Positions 1 through 11,612 of a DNA stretch of 64,000 nucleotides are shown here, piece after piece. Each line of letters starts with the position of its first letter. Position 1 is the first letter of the stretch. This DNA is from Azolla caroliniana (lineage: Eukaryota > Plantae > Polypodiophyta): assembly GCA_043228905.1 (NCBI GenBank), contig JBHGNT010000021.1, positions 13,144,001 through 13,208,000 on the forward strand, given 5' to 3'. Under the pieces are notes generated by a model that searched no databases, was not told the origin of the DNA, and saw nothing but the letters and a program-made list of their open reading frames with translations. The translations under genes were made by a program, and so were the position numbers.

Positions 1-939
1 ACCTAGTTTGCAGGACACTAAGTTTCCTAAAACATGGTGTCACAGGTTTGACTCTTGTTGTGCAAAATCTTTAATGCATAACTTCCTTTCAAGAACTCCA
101 ATTGGTGAACTAGTAATTTCTCCATTACCCTCATGGAATTCTCAACAAATTTCTGATTCAAATCCTTGAAATGAGGACCCAAAATCGTTCTTGCACAACT
201 TTAAGGCAGTTATATATGTAAAATTTGATTTGTTGCATGTATTAAGAAGCTGGAAATGTCGTTGTAATCCTTGTTCGATTGCAAATCACAAGAACAAAAC
301 TACAAGTCTCTGTTCAACCTTATAGGGTTCAATACAAGAAGATAAGTGTAATATTGGCAAATCACTTTAATTTCGCAGAATTAGAGAATAAGATACAAGT
401 AGTTTAACAAATTATCATTGTCAAGTAGAATGAGATGAAGACACCAAGCCAAAGACAGTTGGGAGAAGATTTTGAGTTTTGGGAAAGTGGGTATTGACCA
501 ACTATGTCAGCTTTGATTAGTTCATAGCCCACCCATGCACCTTGTTCAATCATCATCCTATTTCATTCTGTCTATCAACAAAGCCCCTCTCCAAAACATC
601 TCTTCGAAATTCCACAACCCTAACAATGAGCTCCATTGTTGAATAAATAATGTTTTGGCATGCATCTATATTCTTATCCTAACATGGGGACCTAATGCTA
701 ACCGACATTCTTGCTACTTCATTATATCTTACACATGTCCCTTTCATGGAACCTAGTTGGGTTCAAACCCTTGGATTTATTGTTCAAGGGTGAACACCTT
801 AGCTATCTTTAGTTGTTAGCTTAATTCTCGTCTTGTCACTTTTTCTTTGGATCCTCTTCTTCCAGAATCTTGATCTACCAAAAAACTTGACCTCTAGGTT
901 CTTTTTTCCCTATGAACATGCCGCATTGTGACAACATTT

Positions 940-1640
940 TGTTGGGCTAAAAGTCCCACTCTACCCATTATATCCTAGTGTTAACACTCCTGAAGGGGGT
1001 TAGGGCTTAGTTACCCTAACTATAAATAAGAGGGAATGAAGTATTATAAAGAAGTTCGGCGGGATTTGAATAACAACTGTCTCTTGAGCTCTCAAACTAT
1101 GTAAGTGTCTTTTTCTCTATTTCTGTCTTTGTCTTTGAGATTAACAATGCACCATTCCATTTTATACCTACTTCATGTTTGCCAACTCTATTCAACAAGA
1201 TCCATACACGTTTCCACATCAATTGGCCAATCTCACACATCATGGCTGACCAAGACACACATAGTGTCAACAATTGGTATCAAACCTTGTTGGAGTTGAG
1301 CAACATCAACACAAGGAGAAGGCAAATCATCTGAAGGAAAAGACCAGGCCTAACTCTGGCTTCGACATCTGACACCGACTGTGAAATATGTAAGTTCGAT
1401 GATAAATTTTTTGCCCTCTGCAAGGAAATGATGCAGGATGTGTTGATAATCCGACGCCAAATAGAGTCTATTCAACACAGTGACAAGCTGACATCAATGA
1501 TAGTAGACGAATGGCGATCACTCGACGAGATAGTGAGGTCGACCATCCGAATGCACTTGGTCGAGAATGTCTACTTTAGCACGGCCAAGGAGACGATTGC
1601 ATTCACCCTATGGAAGAAGCTACAAACCATATATGAGTCG
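940..1640 (+). mobile_element. Truncated Ty1/copia (Tork/TAR-like) remnant: 5' LTR 940-1272, PBS, gag fragment
   Basis: TGTTG...CAACA termini; TATAAATA at 1021; TGGTATCAAACC at 1275 resembles the tRNA-iMet PBS; ORF 1428 (LDEIVRSTIRMHL...WKKLQTIYE) is homologous to the gag at 16229. Confidence 0.75.
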
Positions 1641-2566
1641 ATGGGGGAAGGAAAATTTCTGGCCCAACAAGTAGTGCAGGTACTTATTCACATTATATAC
1701 GATTCCAAGTGCTTCTCTTTCCATCGTTGAATAGTTCTGTTCCACTTTTGACAATTTCTTGTTGGCATAATATAACAGTTGATACCAATTTAGCTCTGAC
1801 AATTGCATTAGTGCGCTCCTGATCACCACGTTCGATGCATCGACGAATACATGGAAATCCAATTGGGGCTGGACTATTGGGGCTTGGGACAACATCACCT
1901 TCAAAGTTCGGTAGAACTTTTCTTTGACGTCCGTCCACTGAAATGGCACCTGATGGACGATGCCATGTAAAGGTGTGGCAAAATCTACTAAATACCGTAG
2001 CATCCGGCTATGCCACCTAACCTGGCCGAGGAATTGGCTTAATGCTTTGGCATTTGCCAGCACTGGTGCCTCCAAAATAGCTTTAACCTTATCCGGATTG
2101 ACTACGATCCCTTCTTGGATCACAATACGGCCTAATAGTACACCACTAGTAAACCCCAAATGCACATTTTTCCGGATTTAGGTTCAGGTGAGCTTTTTGA
2201 CACTTCTCTAAACATAGCCAGAGATGATCTAAGTGGTCGACTTGGTTACTATAGACAACGAAATCATCCAAGAGCACCTGCATAAAAATTGGGATGTACT
2301 CGCCGAATATTTCCATAATTATCCACTGAAATGTAGCTGACACTGTCTTTAGTCCGAACATCATCACCACAACTATGAATACGCCCCATCTTGTCACGAA
2401 TGCCATCTTCTCCTGATTGTCTAGGTACATTTGGATCTAATTGCATCCACTAAAATAATCCAAAAAGTTGTATATCTCATGGATGGCTACAACATCCAAT
2501 ACTCCATCTATAAAAGGTAATGAGAATGCATTGGTAATGGTGGCAACGTTCAACTTCTGATAGTCA
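1640..2566 (-). pseudogene. Degenerate Ty3/gypsy (Athila-like) RT-RNaseH fragment without LTRs
   Basis: QEKMAFVTRWG, MMFGLKTVSATFQ, LLDDF, FHVFVDAS and NYSTMEREAL motifs with stops and frameshifts; similar to the RT at 27468-28505. Confidence 0.85.
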
Positions 2567-2621
2567 CAATCAGACTAAGTCGCGTGCCCTGTTTCACCAG
2601 TTCGATGAAGCCGACTCTTAA

Positions 2622-3090
2622 TGTAAAGTTGAATATGCGGAAGCTAAACAGATCTCAACCAGCTCAGCTGGATAGCAATAGAAACCACAGAGAAGGAATA
2701 CGCAGAGTAGGTGAGAGAGAGAGATAGAGAGAGAGCAAGACAATATAAAATATCTATTTCAAAAGCTCTGTACATACAATGTGCTTTGTGAGCACTTTTA
2801 TACAAGTCCTTAAAGGACTGACAGAAGTACTAACAAGTACTTCAATGCTCGTACCAAACGACTTACACTAACTCCTAAAAATATGCCTACGTACTAGGTT
2901 AGGATCGTAGAGCTCTAACGGCCCACCGGTTACACACAGTTCGTCCTGGATACCGATCCAGACACCGATCTGGCTCTTCGTTTCAGATATATCAATCCAG
3001 ACAACGATCCGATTCCTCTTTGTTCCCGATTACGATCCGGCTCTGGCTTGTTCAGCCGATCCGGATCATGTTGAGCTTGTCCTCTCAACA
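2622..3090 (-). repeat. 3' LTR of copia-A copy 1
   Basis: TGTAAAG...TCAACA on +, followed by ctccccctcaa (PPT TTGAGGGGGAG on -); homologous to the LTRs at 13349, 21303 and 56271. Confidence 0.85.
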
Positions 3091-3099
3091 CTCCCCCTC

Positions 3100-4870
3100 A
3101 AGCTCAACTTGAGGTCGGATCATGGAGTCCGACTTTGCTGGCCCTTGCTTCCAGCTTCTCCTAACATCTTCACTTCTCCCTCGTGCTCCTCGACCGATCC
3201 GGTTTTGCGTTCCTTGACCCCTTTGGTCCAACACTGTTCGACCCCTCTAGTTTCGCGCTCCTCAACCCTTACGGTTGGTTTGCCTGCTCTCTAGGCTCTC
3301 CTCAACGTTGTCGCTCTCTCGGCACTAGCGCCCCTCGACCTGTTGGTTCTTCCGTATCGGTGTCGGCTTCGGCTGCCTTCTTGTTCGCCTGGCGTTCACA
3401 GGATCCATCTCGTTTGGATCACTCTTTTCTTCTGAATCAGTTGTCTCCGATTCGTCTTCTTCAAGGCCCTTAACCACATATGACCATGTCTTGATGCTGG
3501 CTTTCCTGGCTTTCTTGACTTTACCTCCCCTTTGTTTGACCGGTTTCGGCTTAGCTCATTCCTTTGGTTGCTACCCCTGTATCCGTCCTCGGCTTCTTCA
3601 GCCATCCTGAAGTCGAATTCTTCAACCGATTTGGATATTTGGATTTCTTCTTCTTCTTCTCTTCCACTCCTTCTCTCCCTCAAGGTTGGCATGTGGAGGG
3701 GCTGCAAACCAAGCGTTCCTGAGAACTGCCACAACTTTTCTAGACCAAGGGGTTTGGTGAATATATTGACAGTTTGCTGATCCATCGGAACATACACAAG
3801 TTCCACTTCACCGGAAAGGACTCGCTTGCGGAAAAAATGATAGTGCACCTCAATGTGCTTGGTCTGGGCGTGGAAGCCAGGGATTTTCACCAACTAGATG
3901 TTGTTGAGGTTGTCGCAATAGGTCATCGTCAGATCGGACACCTCCGTTTGCAGATCCATTAATATTCTCTTGAGCCATATGGCTCCGCATCTCGTGACAA
4001 CCGCTCCTCGATATTCGGCGTTCGTGCTTGACAATGCAATATCAACTGCTTTTTGCTGCTCCAAGTGATCGCGATGCTCCCAAGTGAAAATGCAAAGCCC
4101 AATGTAGACGGTCGATCACCGACATTTCTAGCCCAATCGACATTTGTGTAGCTGACTAACTGTTTGGCAACACCGGTTCGATATAACAACCCCCTGTCCT
4201 TAGTGCCGTTGACATACCAGAGTATTCGTTGCACACACTGAAGGTCCTCCGTGGTCGGCTGGGACATGAACTGACTAATGATACTGATCGGGTAGCTGAG
4301 GTCTGGCCAGGTGATTGTTAGGTATATAAGGCTTTCAAATATTTGTCGGAATCATTTCGGGTTACATGCCATTCCGGAGTTGGGGCGGAGCTTGATATTT
4401 CTGTCGTTGAGACAGATTTACACTTTGTCATTCCGAACTTGAAGAGCATACTCAACACGTAATGCCATTGGCTGATTAGTATGCCTTCGGGAGTACGGAT
4501 CACTTCGATCCCGAGGAAGTAATGAAGGTCCCCTAGGTCCTTCATGTCGAATGATGCTGTTAGTTGGGACTTCACACAATTGATTTCCTCTACGTTGGCG
4601 CCGGTGATGACTAAATCATCAACATAAAGTAAAAGACTTACCGGCCCATTTTGACCTTGTTAGATGAAGAGTGAAGAGTCTGACTTGGATGTAGCAAAAC
4701 CCATCCAATGTAGATGTTGCTTGACGATTTGCGTTCTAGGCACGTGGGGCTTGCTTTAATCTGTAAAGGGAGTTTTTCAGTCGGCAAACAACTGATGTGT
4801 TCAATCCGGACTGAAATCCGGGTGTTTGCACCATGTACACATGTTCCTCAAGTTCTCCTTGTAGGAACGC
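3100..4870 (-). pseudogene. pol: copia-A1 pol: RT C-terminal part, RNase H and C-terminal extension
   Basis: ORFs 4318-4575, 3959-4267 and 3396-3893 carry copia RT/RH motifs interrupted by frameshifts. Confidence 0.88.
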
Positions 4871-5571
4871 TGTCGTGCCCTTCGGCTCCGGATCGTTGCA
4901 TGAGTCGGGTGGGAACCGTCGAGGTTTTTGACTAGGAGGAAGAGGAATACAACTTAAGGCTAGTTATGAATAGTGGAAAGAGAAGTAAGATAGCAATCTC
5001 GTGAATCCCACGAGTTTAGTGTAATTAAAACAATATTTAGATTATAAGAGCAATTAGATGGCAAAATTCGTGAATCCCACGAATATATTAGATTGATCCA
5101 ACCTTGTATATTAATCAACAACCTTATACATATTTCTCTCCTCCTTATATAAAGATGGAAGAGGCTAAGCATGGCTTCATGCTTTTTCACCTAAAGTGTC
5201 CATGCACACTAAATGTGCATGTGATGCTTTGTCATTTCCTAAATATAGGGCTCATGCACGCTAGATGTGCATGAGTCACTTTTAATGGCACGTGTAAAAA
5301 TATTCACACTCTAAAGAATACATGATTTTTACCTTTTAATAAAGGTATGTGTAAATAAAGGTCTTATACCTATTAAATCTATATTTATAACACTAAAGAT
5401 AAGTTATTACAATGGTAAAGTTGGGGTTTATCTACGTGGAGGTGCATGGTTTGAATCTTGCCCTATGCACGTGATAAATTCTTTTGATATATTATTTATT
5501 TATTTATATGTATCTAAAATCGGATATATTATTTTATGGTTTTCACGTAGTGTGTGGAATACACTACGACA
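4871..5571 (-). repeat. 3' LTR of T1
   Basis: TGTCGT...ACGACA; near-identical to 10908-11608; G-rich PPT adjacent at about 5572-5585 on -. Confidence 0.96.
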
Positions 5572-8500
5572 TTCACCCCCTCCGAACCCGCACATCCTCC
5601 GGTATGTGCCGAAGTTCTCGATTCCCCATATCCGTCTTCACCCAAAGCTTCCTCCGATTCTCCCCTTATGTCGACTATGAGTTGTAATTCACTTTCTTCG
5701 CTTCCCGCATCACCGTGGTCTTCATCCGATTGCTCCTCGTTGTCGGCCTTGGCTTGGATCACATAGGGTTTGTCGTCGGTCCGCTTCTTGAAAATATTCA
5801 CCCACTTCCCGGCTATAGGCACTCGTAGTATTGTTCCATCCAACTCGGACAGTCGGTACGTTCCGTTGTCGAAGACTTTCCGAACCTCGTATGGCCCGAA
5901 CCACCTTTTCGCGAATTTCCGCATCGTTGTATGTTGATGGTCCAAACTACTGTCATAGACGATCACCCAATCTCCTTCTTCAATCCTCCTCGGTCGTAGT
6001 CAGTGCTTTGTGTCGAACTGGCTTTTGTTCCTTAATCGTGCTTCTTGTTGTCGGCATATTGCTTCCGCTATGTCTGGCGAAGAATCCCCTAGCTTTGTCT
6101 GAGTCGAGTTCTCCCCGGTCCGCAATCACTTGTCCTACGCACCCGTACCTGCAAAATACTTCCTCCAAAAGAAATTGGCATACCGCGGAACACGTTTTCC
6201 TCTGAAGCGATCGACCTTCTACTTGATTCGTGAGATTTTCCCGAGCTAATACCAAGTATTTCTTTTGTCTGATCCCGGTCGGCATGGCCACTATGTCAAC
6301 CATCCACTTGAAGTTGATTGTTGGTGAGAATGTCGGATGTAACTCATCTCGATGTCGAACCCCGGAGTAGACTTGACATTTCTCGCAGCTTTCCGTGAAC
6401 TCCGCGACATCTTTGTACATTTTCTTCCACCAATATTTTTGCTTGATCTTCACAAATGTTGCCCATGTTCCTCGGTGTCCAGCCCAATCGGATTCGTGAA
6501 ACTCGGACATTATCCGGTTTCGTTGCTCTTTTGTCCTGACTACTCGAAGTGGTATACCATCCGGTCTTTTCGGCGCCCTCCATATTAATCCGTTTTCCAA
6601 GAAGAACTTTTGGACTTGTCTCTTCTTCCTTCGGATCTCGGCTCTTCTTTCTTTATCGTTTGTTGAATCCTCGGCCTCTTGTAACATCTTTCCGATCATC
6701 AAGCTTTCTCCCTCGTATTCTTCTTCCTGGAATTCCCGGATTACGTTTACTCGGCATATGTGCTCCGACGCGAAGTAGTCTTCGAAAACTTCTTCATTAT
6801 CCGATTCGGTTATGTCGTCTCCGAACCGAGCCCTTGATAACATATCCGCTACCACGTTGTCCTTCCCCGAGATGTGTCGAACCTCCGGATTAAGCGACTT
6901 GACATATGCAACCCACCTTAGCATAGCTACATCCGGTATCGTACAACACCGCATCATCCCGAGTATCGGAAGACAATCCGTCTCGATCACCACTTCGGCT
7001 CCGATCAAATAATCCCGATCCGATTTTATCGCCGACACGACTCCCCACAGTTCTCTTTTGACTTGCGCATATCCACGTTGCCTTTCGTTGAGAACCTTTG
7101 CTCCGAATCGGATCGGATACCGCGAACCATCCGAGTCGGCTTGATTGATGACCCACCCGATACCGGTTGGACTTGTATCAACTGTTACTATGATCGGTCG
7201 GTCATAGCTCGGCTTCTTAAGTGCTTCCGCCCTCCGAAGTGTCTTCTTCAATTTCTTCATGGCTTTGGTGTGTTCTGGTTTCCATTCGAATTTCTTACCT
7301 TTCCGCAACAAGTGGTAGAGCGGATCCGCTATATGTGCATAGTGCGGAATCCATATGTGATAGAATGCACATGCACCGAGAAACCTTCGGACTTCGGATG
7401 TTGACTCGCATACTTCCTCCATAGCTTGAATCGCATTGATCTTTGTTGGTGACGGTCTTCGGCCGTAGGGCCCACATAGATGTCCGACCATCAATATTTC
7501 TTCTTGCCCGAATGCCTATTTCTCCCCGGAAAGTGTTAGGTGCACATCTTCTAGCTTTCGCAACACTTTCTCGCAATCATGAATATGGTCGACCACGAAC
7601 TTTCGGCATCCCCGATCATCCATAGTCTCATCTTTTTCTTCTACCGCGCATCCTTTCATCGGAATGTCATCGAGGAACGACATCGTTATCTCCGAAATGT
7701 AGTCTCGAAGCACCTTGTTCATCGCGTTCATCATATGAGCAACCGAGTTTGTCGCTCCTTGTGGTAGTGTGCACATTCAGACTAATCCTATCGGTGTTCG
7801 CATGGTTGTGATGTCTCGGCTCTCCACGGCTAGTTGGAATTGGTCATACCCCGAGTATAGGTCTCCGATGGAGTATATTGCACGACCGGCAAAAGCTTCC
7901 GCAAATTCGTCCACTATCGGACCGACTCCCGAGTTTCGGATCGTGACCTTATTCACCGGTTGCAAGTCTTGGATAAATTGGAGTGACCCATTCTTCTTCG
8001 GAACCGTAAACCATCGATTTGAGTACGGAGCAGTTGATGGCTCTAGAATCCCCATCGCCACCTTCTCCTTGAGCAAGTCAATGACTTTCAGAATATGCGC
8101 TCGTGGCACCGGAATCGGCTTCAGGTTCCACGGTACATGGTCAATCGTGAAGATCACCATCGGCTCCACTGTTCTCGGATCGACGCACCCTATCTCCCTT
8201 GATGTAAATGCAAACGCTTTGCCGTGTTGCTCCAACATCTCGCGAAACCGTTCTTCTTCTTTTTGTAATAGGAACCCACCTCCACCAATCTGAAGTTTCT
8301 TCCGGGTCTCATCCGTGAAGGCATGTCCGATATCCACGGACTTCCGAAGTGTCGGATCTCCCGAGACTTCTTTCCTCTTTTGTTCGCTATCGGCGGGTAG
8401 TGGTCCCGCGGCCGGTTTCACCTTCTTCTCCACGGTCTTGTATTTCATACTTACCATTGCTTCTTCTTTGCGGAGCGTATCCGGCTCCATTTTCGCAATG

Positions 8501-8829
8501 ATCTCGTACATCTCGACTAATTCCACCGGGACTACCCGGTTCCCTTGGCTTTTATCTTCCGCAAGCTCTTCAAGTCGTTGTAGCGTGCTCCCATAGAACA
8601 CTTCTTCGACTATCCCCACGATTTCTTCATCTTCTTTTATTATTGATGCTGACCGCAACTTATCCTCCACTTGTCGGTATCCTTTCTTCAATCCTCCGGT
8701 TACGGTCGTGTACGTAGATGCCCCATCCGGACCGATTCGTACATGTTTTGCTCCGAGAGTTTTCTTCCTGTGTGGGGTATCAGGGCTTCTCGGACTATCA
8801 CTTCCCCACTCCGCAACAGTCCGCTTTAA
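5529..8829 (-). pseudogene. pol: T1 pol (RT-RH-IN) with premature stops and a deletion in IN
   Basis: DLYSGYDQ, TLPQGATNS, FLDDIP, VTVDTSPTGIG, HHCC zinc finger and WFGPY; stops at 7777 and 7516; about 110 codons missing at about 6070 relative to T4. Confidence 0.92.
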
Positions 8830-8835
8830 AAATCC
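8772..8835 (-). promoter_or_regulatory. Putative -1 ribosomal frameshift signal (G_GAU_UUU plus H-type pseudoknot) in T1
   Basis: GGATTTT precedes the TAA stop; stems CGGACTGTTGC/GTGATAGTCCG and GTGGGG/CCCCAC; the -1 frame is open into pol. Confidence 0.8.
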
Positions 8836-10868
8836 ATTCTCACTTGGGACAAGAGTTCCCTCTTGTTCCTTTCGTGATTTGCCGGCACCGTTAGGAATTG
8901 GACGGATTTCCCATCGTTTTGGCTCCGAATTCGTGCAAAAGCCGCACCGCTATCGAGCACCTTCGTCTCCATCCGTGATGCCGTGATAAAGGGTTGGCCG
9001 AGGATGACGGAATGTGAAACCTCATCTTGCACAAAGAAATTTTGGTCGATCTCGACATCCCCGATCTTCACCGTCACATCCGGACAAGCCACAAATAGAT
9101 CTTCCGTTGCTTTGGTGGCCGCCCGAATCTTCCATCCATGGTTGGTGTTAATAGGCCACTTCCCCTTCCGGTAGAACTCCTTGGACATCAAGTTGATCTC
9201 CGATCCGTGATCAATCAATGCTAGCACGGGTTCTTTGATGTTGCTGATTCGGACCGGAGTCTCCGTAGTCGCGTGTGCCCAATGTGGCCTTGTATAGTGG
9301 GAGTTCGGAATTTCGTCCTCCACTTCGGTGTCGTTCATTAAAACGGTGTTCGCATTCACCCTTGGAGCATTTTCCTCCGTACTTTGTCTTTTTCGCTTCA
9401 CGAGATCCACGAGAAGATCGTGGAACTCCTTCTTTGCTATTCTGAGTAGCTCCCGAAGCGAGAAATCTACCCGGCTATCCAAGATTCTTTCCTCGAACAC
9501 TCTTTTCAAGTCGGTTTGTTGTTCTATGTCCGAGGCGAGCTTGAATGCTGGAGTCGTCTTTTCTTTTCCCTTACCTTCGGAGTTCCAGCTTTCCGGTATC
9601 TTCGATGGCCCGGCCGCATCCTCCGTGCGTCGTCGTTTCTCGTCCACATACACCTTATGCAATTGACACAGGGCGTATACGCTATTCTTGTCGACAGGGC
9701 ACTCCCATCCCGTAGCTTCCCGGACGCCTTCCGCGGTGCTTCGGATCTCGTTGGAGTCGGTTTTCTCGGTGTTTTCTAGAACTTCCGGCCAAAAAGACGT
9801 CTTTTCTCTCGATGACTCCCCGACACATATTCCCGCGGTTGTCGCATAGTTGCTTCTTGCCGCCAATTCCTCCTCGAGCACCTTCTTCATGCCGCCTTTC
9901 CGGAAGTTCGGTCGGAGTGGCTTCCGAGAGTCCATCGAATGAATCCGGTTTCCCTCGTAGTAGATGAGATCCCGCCGTAGCGCCTCCTTATGCTTGTCGC
10001 AATCCCTCCGATCGTGTTCGGCACTATCGCACCATATGCACCGTCGGTCCGTATACTTGGAGCTTGTGGGGCGGTCATCCGACTTCTTCACCATCGCGAT
10101 CTTCAGATTCTCCATCTCCTTCAATAGTTGCTCCACCGTAGATACATCAATCCCTTTCTCGGTTGTAGTCTCTCGAGCCCTCAGTTGATGGTCTTCCAAT
10201 CCGGTTCTCGGTTTCGGAATCGGTTCCGAAACCCTCTTTTCCTCGTCGGCAAGCCATTGCCCCCTCTTCGTGTATCGCGCGACGATATCCCGCACGCTTT
10301 CCCATGTTTCGGTGAGGCCGCTCTCCGTGGTCGTGTCCTCCAAGAGCACTCCGAGATCTTTCCGGTCCTGGACGTCCACGGCTCGCAAGAACATGATCAC
10401 CTTGTCCGGTACGAGGATAGCTTGATCTCTCGTGGACAACCTCCCGAACCGGCTTTCGAATGCCGAAAACACATCAACGACCTTCAATCCATTGTCCGGC
10501 GTCTCCACCCAATCTTCGAATCCCCTTCGCGTCGCCTTGGAGGAATCCTCGATGGCGAACGTCCTCTTTAGCTCTACTTCAAACGCCTCCCATGTCGGAT
10601 TTTGCTGTCGTAGCCCATGGATGCTTGCTTGGAGCCCGTTGGTCGCCACCCGGTTGAAGGACGTCACTTGCAGTCCTTCCGATATTCCGCACCGTAGCAT
10701 CTCCGCCTTGTAGTCCCGAAGATACCGCGACACGTCTTTCCCGTTGAATTGCCCGTTTCGTTGCACGAGCCGCTCCACTGATGCCGCTATCTCCGACATC
10801 GCGCGTTGTTCTTGTAGCATGCGCTCAAACATCATCATCATGTTGCTAGCCTCCGGTTGATTTTCCAT
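8826..10868 (-). CDS. gag: T1 Gag-protease (680 aa, intact)
   Basis: CIWCDSAEHDRRDC zinc knuckle and LIDHGSEINLM aspartic protease motif; starts just after the PBS. Confidence 0.92.
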   Translation of the reverse strand: MENQPEASNMMMMFERMLQEQRAMSEIAASVERLVQRNGQFNGKDVSRYLRDYKAEMLRCGISEGLQVTSFNRVATNGLQASIHGLRQQNPTWEAFEVELKRTFAIEDSSKATRRGFEDWVETPDNGLKVVDVFSAFESRFGRLSTRDQAILVPDKVIMFLRAVDVQDRKDLGVLLEDTTTESGLTETWESVRDIVARYTKRGQWLADEEKRVSEPIPKPRTGLEDHQLRARETTTEKGIDVSTVEQLLKEMENLKIAMVKKSDDRPTSSKYTDRRCIWCDSAEHDRRDCDKHKEALRRDLIYYEGNRIHSMDSRKPLRPNFRKGGMKKVLEEELAARSNYATTAGICVGESSREKTSFWPEVLENTEKTDSNEIRSTAEGVREATGWECPVDKNSVYALCQLHKVYVDEKRRRTEDAAGPSKIPESWNSEGKGKEKTTPAFKLASDIEQQTDLKRVFEERILDSRVDFSLRELLRIAKKEFHDLLVDLVKRKRQSTEENAPRVNANTVLMNDTEVEDEIPNSHYTRPHWAHATTETPVRISNIKEPVLALIDHGSEINLMSKEFYRKGKWPINTNHGWKIRAATKATEDLFVACPDVTVKIGDVEIDQNFFVQDEVSHSVILGQPFITASRMETKVLDSGAAFARIRSQNDGKSVQFLTVPANHERNKRELLSQVRMDF

Positions 10869-10885
10869 CTCCTTGCCACCCGGTT

Positions 10886-10903
10886 TTCACGTTGGGTTCA
10901 CCA
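10886..10903 (-). promoter_or_regulatory. PBS complementary to tRNA-Trp (T1)
   Basis: TGGTGAACCCAACGTGAA 4 nt from the LTR; one mismatch to the perfect copies at 49294, 50343 and 57735; tRNA-Trp 3' end recalled from memory. Confidence 0.85.
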
Positions 10904-10907
10904 ACTA

Positions 10908-11608
10908 TGTCGTGCCCTTCGGCTCCGGATCGTTGCGTGAGTCGGGTGGGAACCGCCGAGGTTTTTGACTAGGAGGAAGAGGAATACAACTTAAGGCTAG
11001 TTATGAATAGTGGAAAGAGAAGTAAGATAGCAATCTCGTGAATCCCACGAGTTTAGTGTAATTAAAACAATATTTAGATTATAAGAGCAATTAGATGGCA
11101 AAATTCGTGAATCCCACGAATATATTAGATTGATCCAACCTTGTATATTAATCAACAACCTTATACATATTTCTCTCCTCCTTATATAAAGATGGAAGAG
11201 GCTAAGCATGGCTTCATGCTTTTTCACCTAAAGTGTCCATGCACACTAAATGTGCATGTGATGCTTTGTCATTTCCTAAATATAGGGCTCATGCACGCTA
11301 GATGTGCATGAGTCACTTTTAATGGCACGTGTAAAAATATTCACACTCTAAAGAATACATGATTTTTACCTTTTAATAAAGGTATGTGTAAATAAAGGTC
11401 TTATACCTATTAAATCTATATTTATAACACTAAAGATAAGTTATTACAATGGTAAAGTTGGGGTTTATCTACGTGGAGGTGCATGGTTTGAATCTTGCCC
11501 TATGCATGTGATAAATTCTTTTGATATATTATTTATTTATTTATATGTATCTAAAATCGGATATATTATTTTATGGTTTTCACGTAGTGTGTGGAATACA
11601 CTACGACA
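10908..11608 (-). repeat. 5' LTR of T1
   Basis: Direct repeat of 4871-5571, adjacent to the PBS. Confidence 0.96.
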
Positions 11609-11612
11609 ACGC

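Larger units (their letters stand above)
4871..11608 (-). mobile_element. Full-length Ty3/gypsy element T1 (tRNA-Trp PBS, 4-bp TSD ACGC)
   Basis: 701-bp LTRs at 4871-5571 and 10908-11608 (3 substitutions seen); TSD ACGC at 4867-4870 and 11609-11612; order Gag-PR-RT-RH-IN. Confidence 0.96.

Noticed and set aside
1-939. Possible host gene or LTR remnant in the AT-rich start of the window
   Set aside because: No ORF, splice pattern or recognisable termini that I can support.
4960-5190. Identical 76-aa ORFs at 4960 and 10997, and similar ORF pairs in other LTRs
   Set aside because: They are duplicated only because they lie in LTRs; there is no coding signature.
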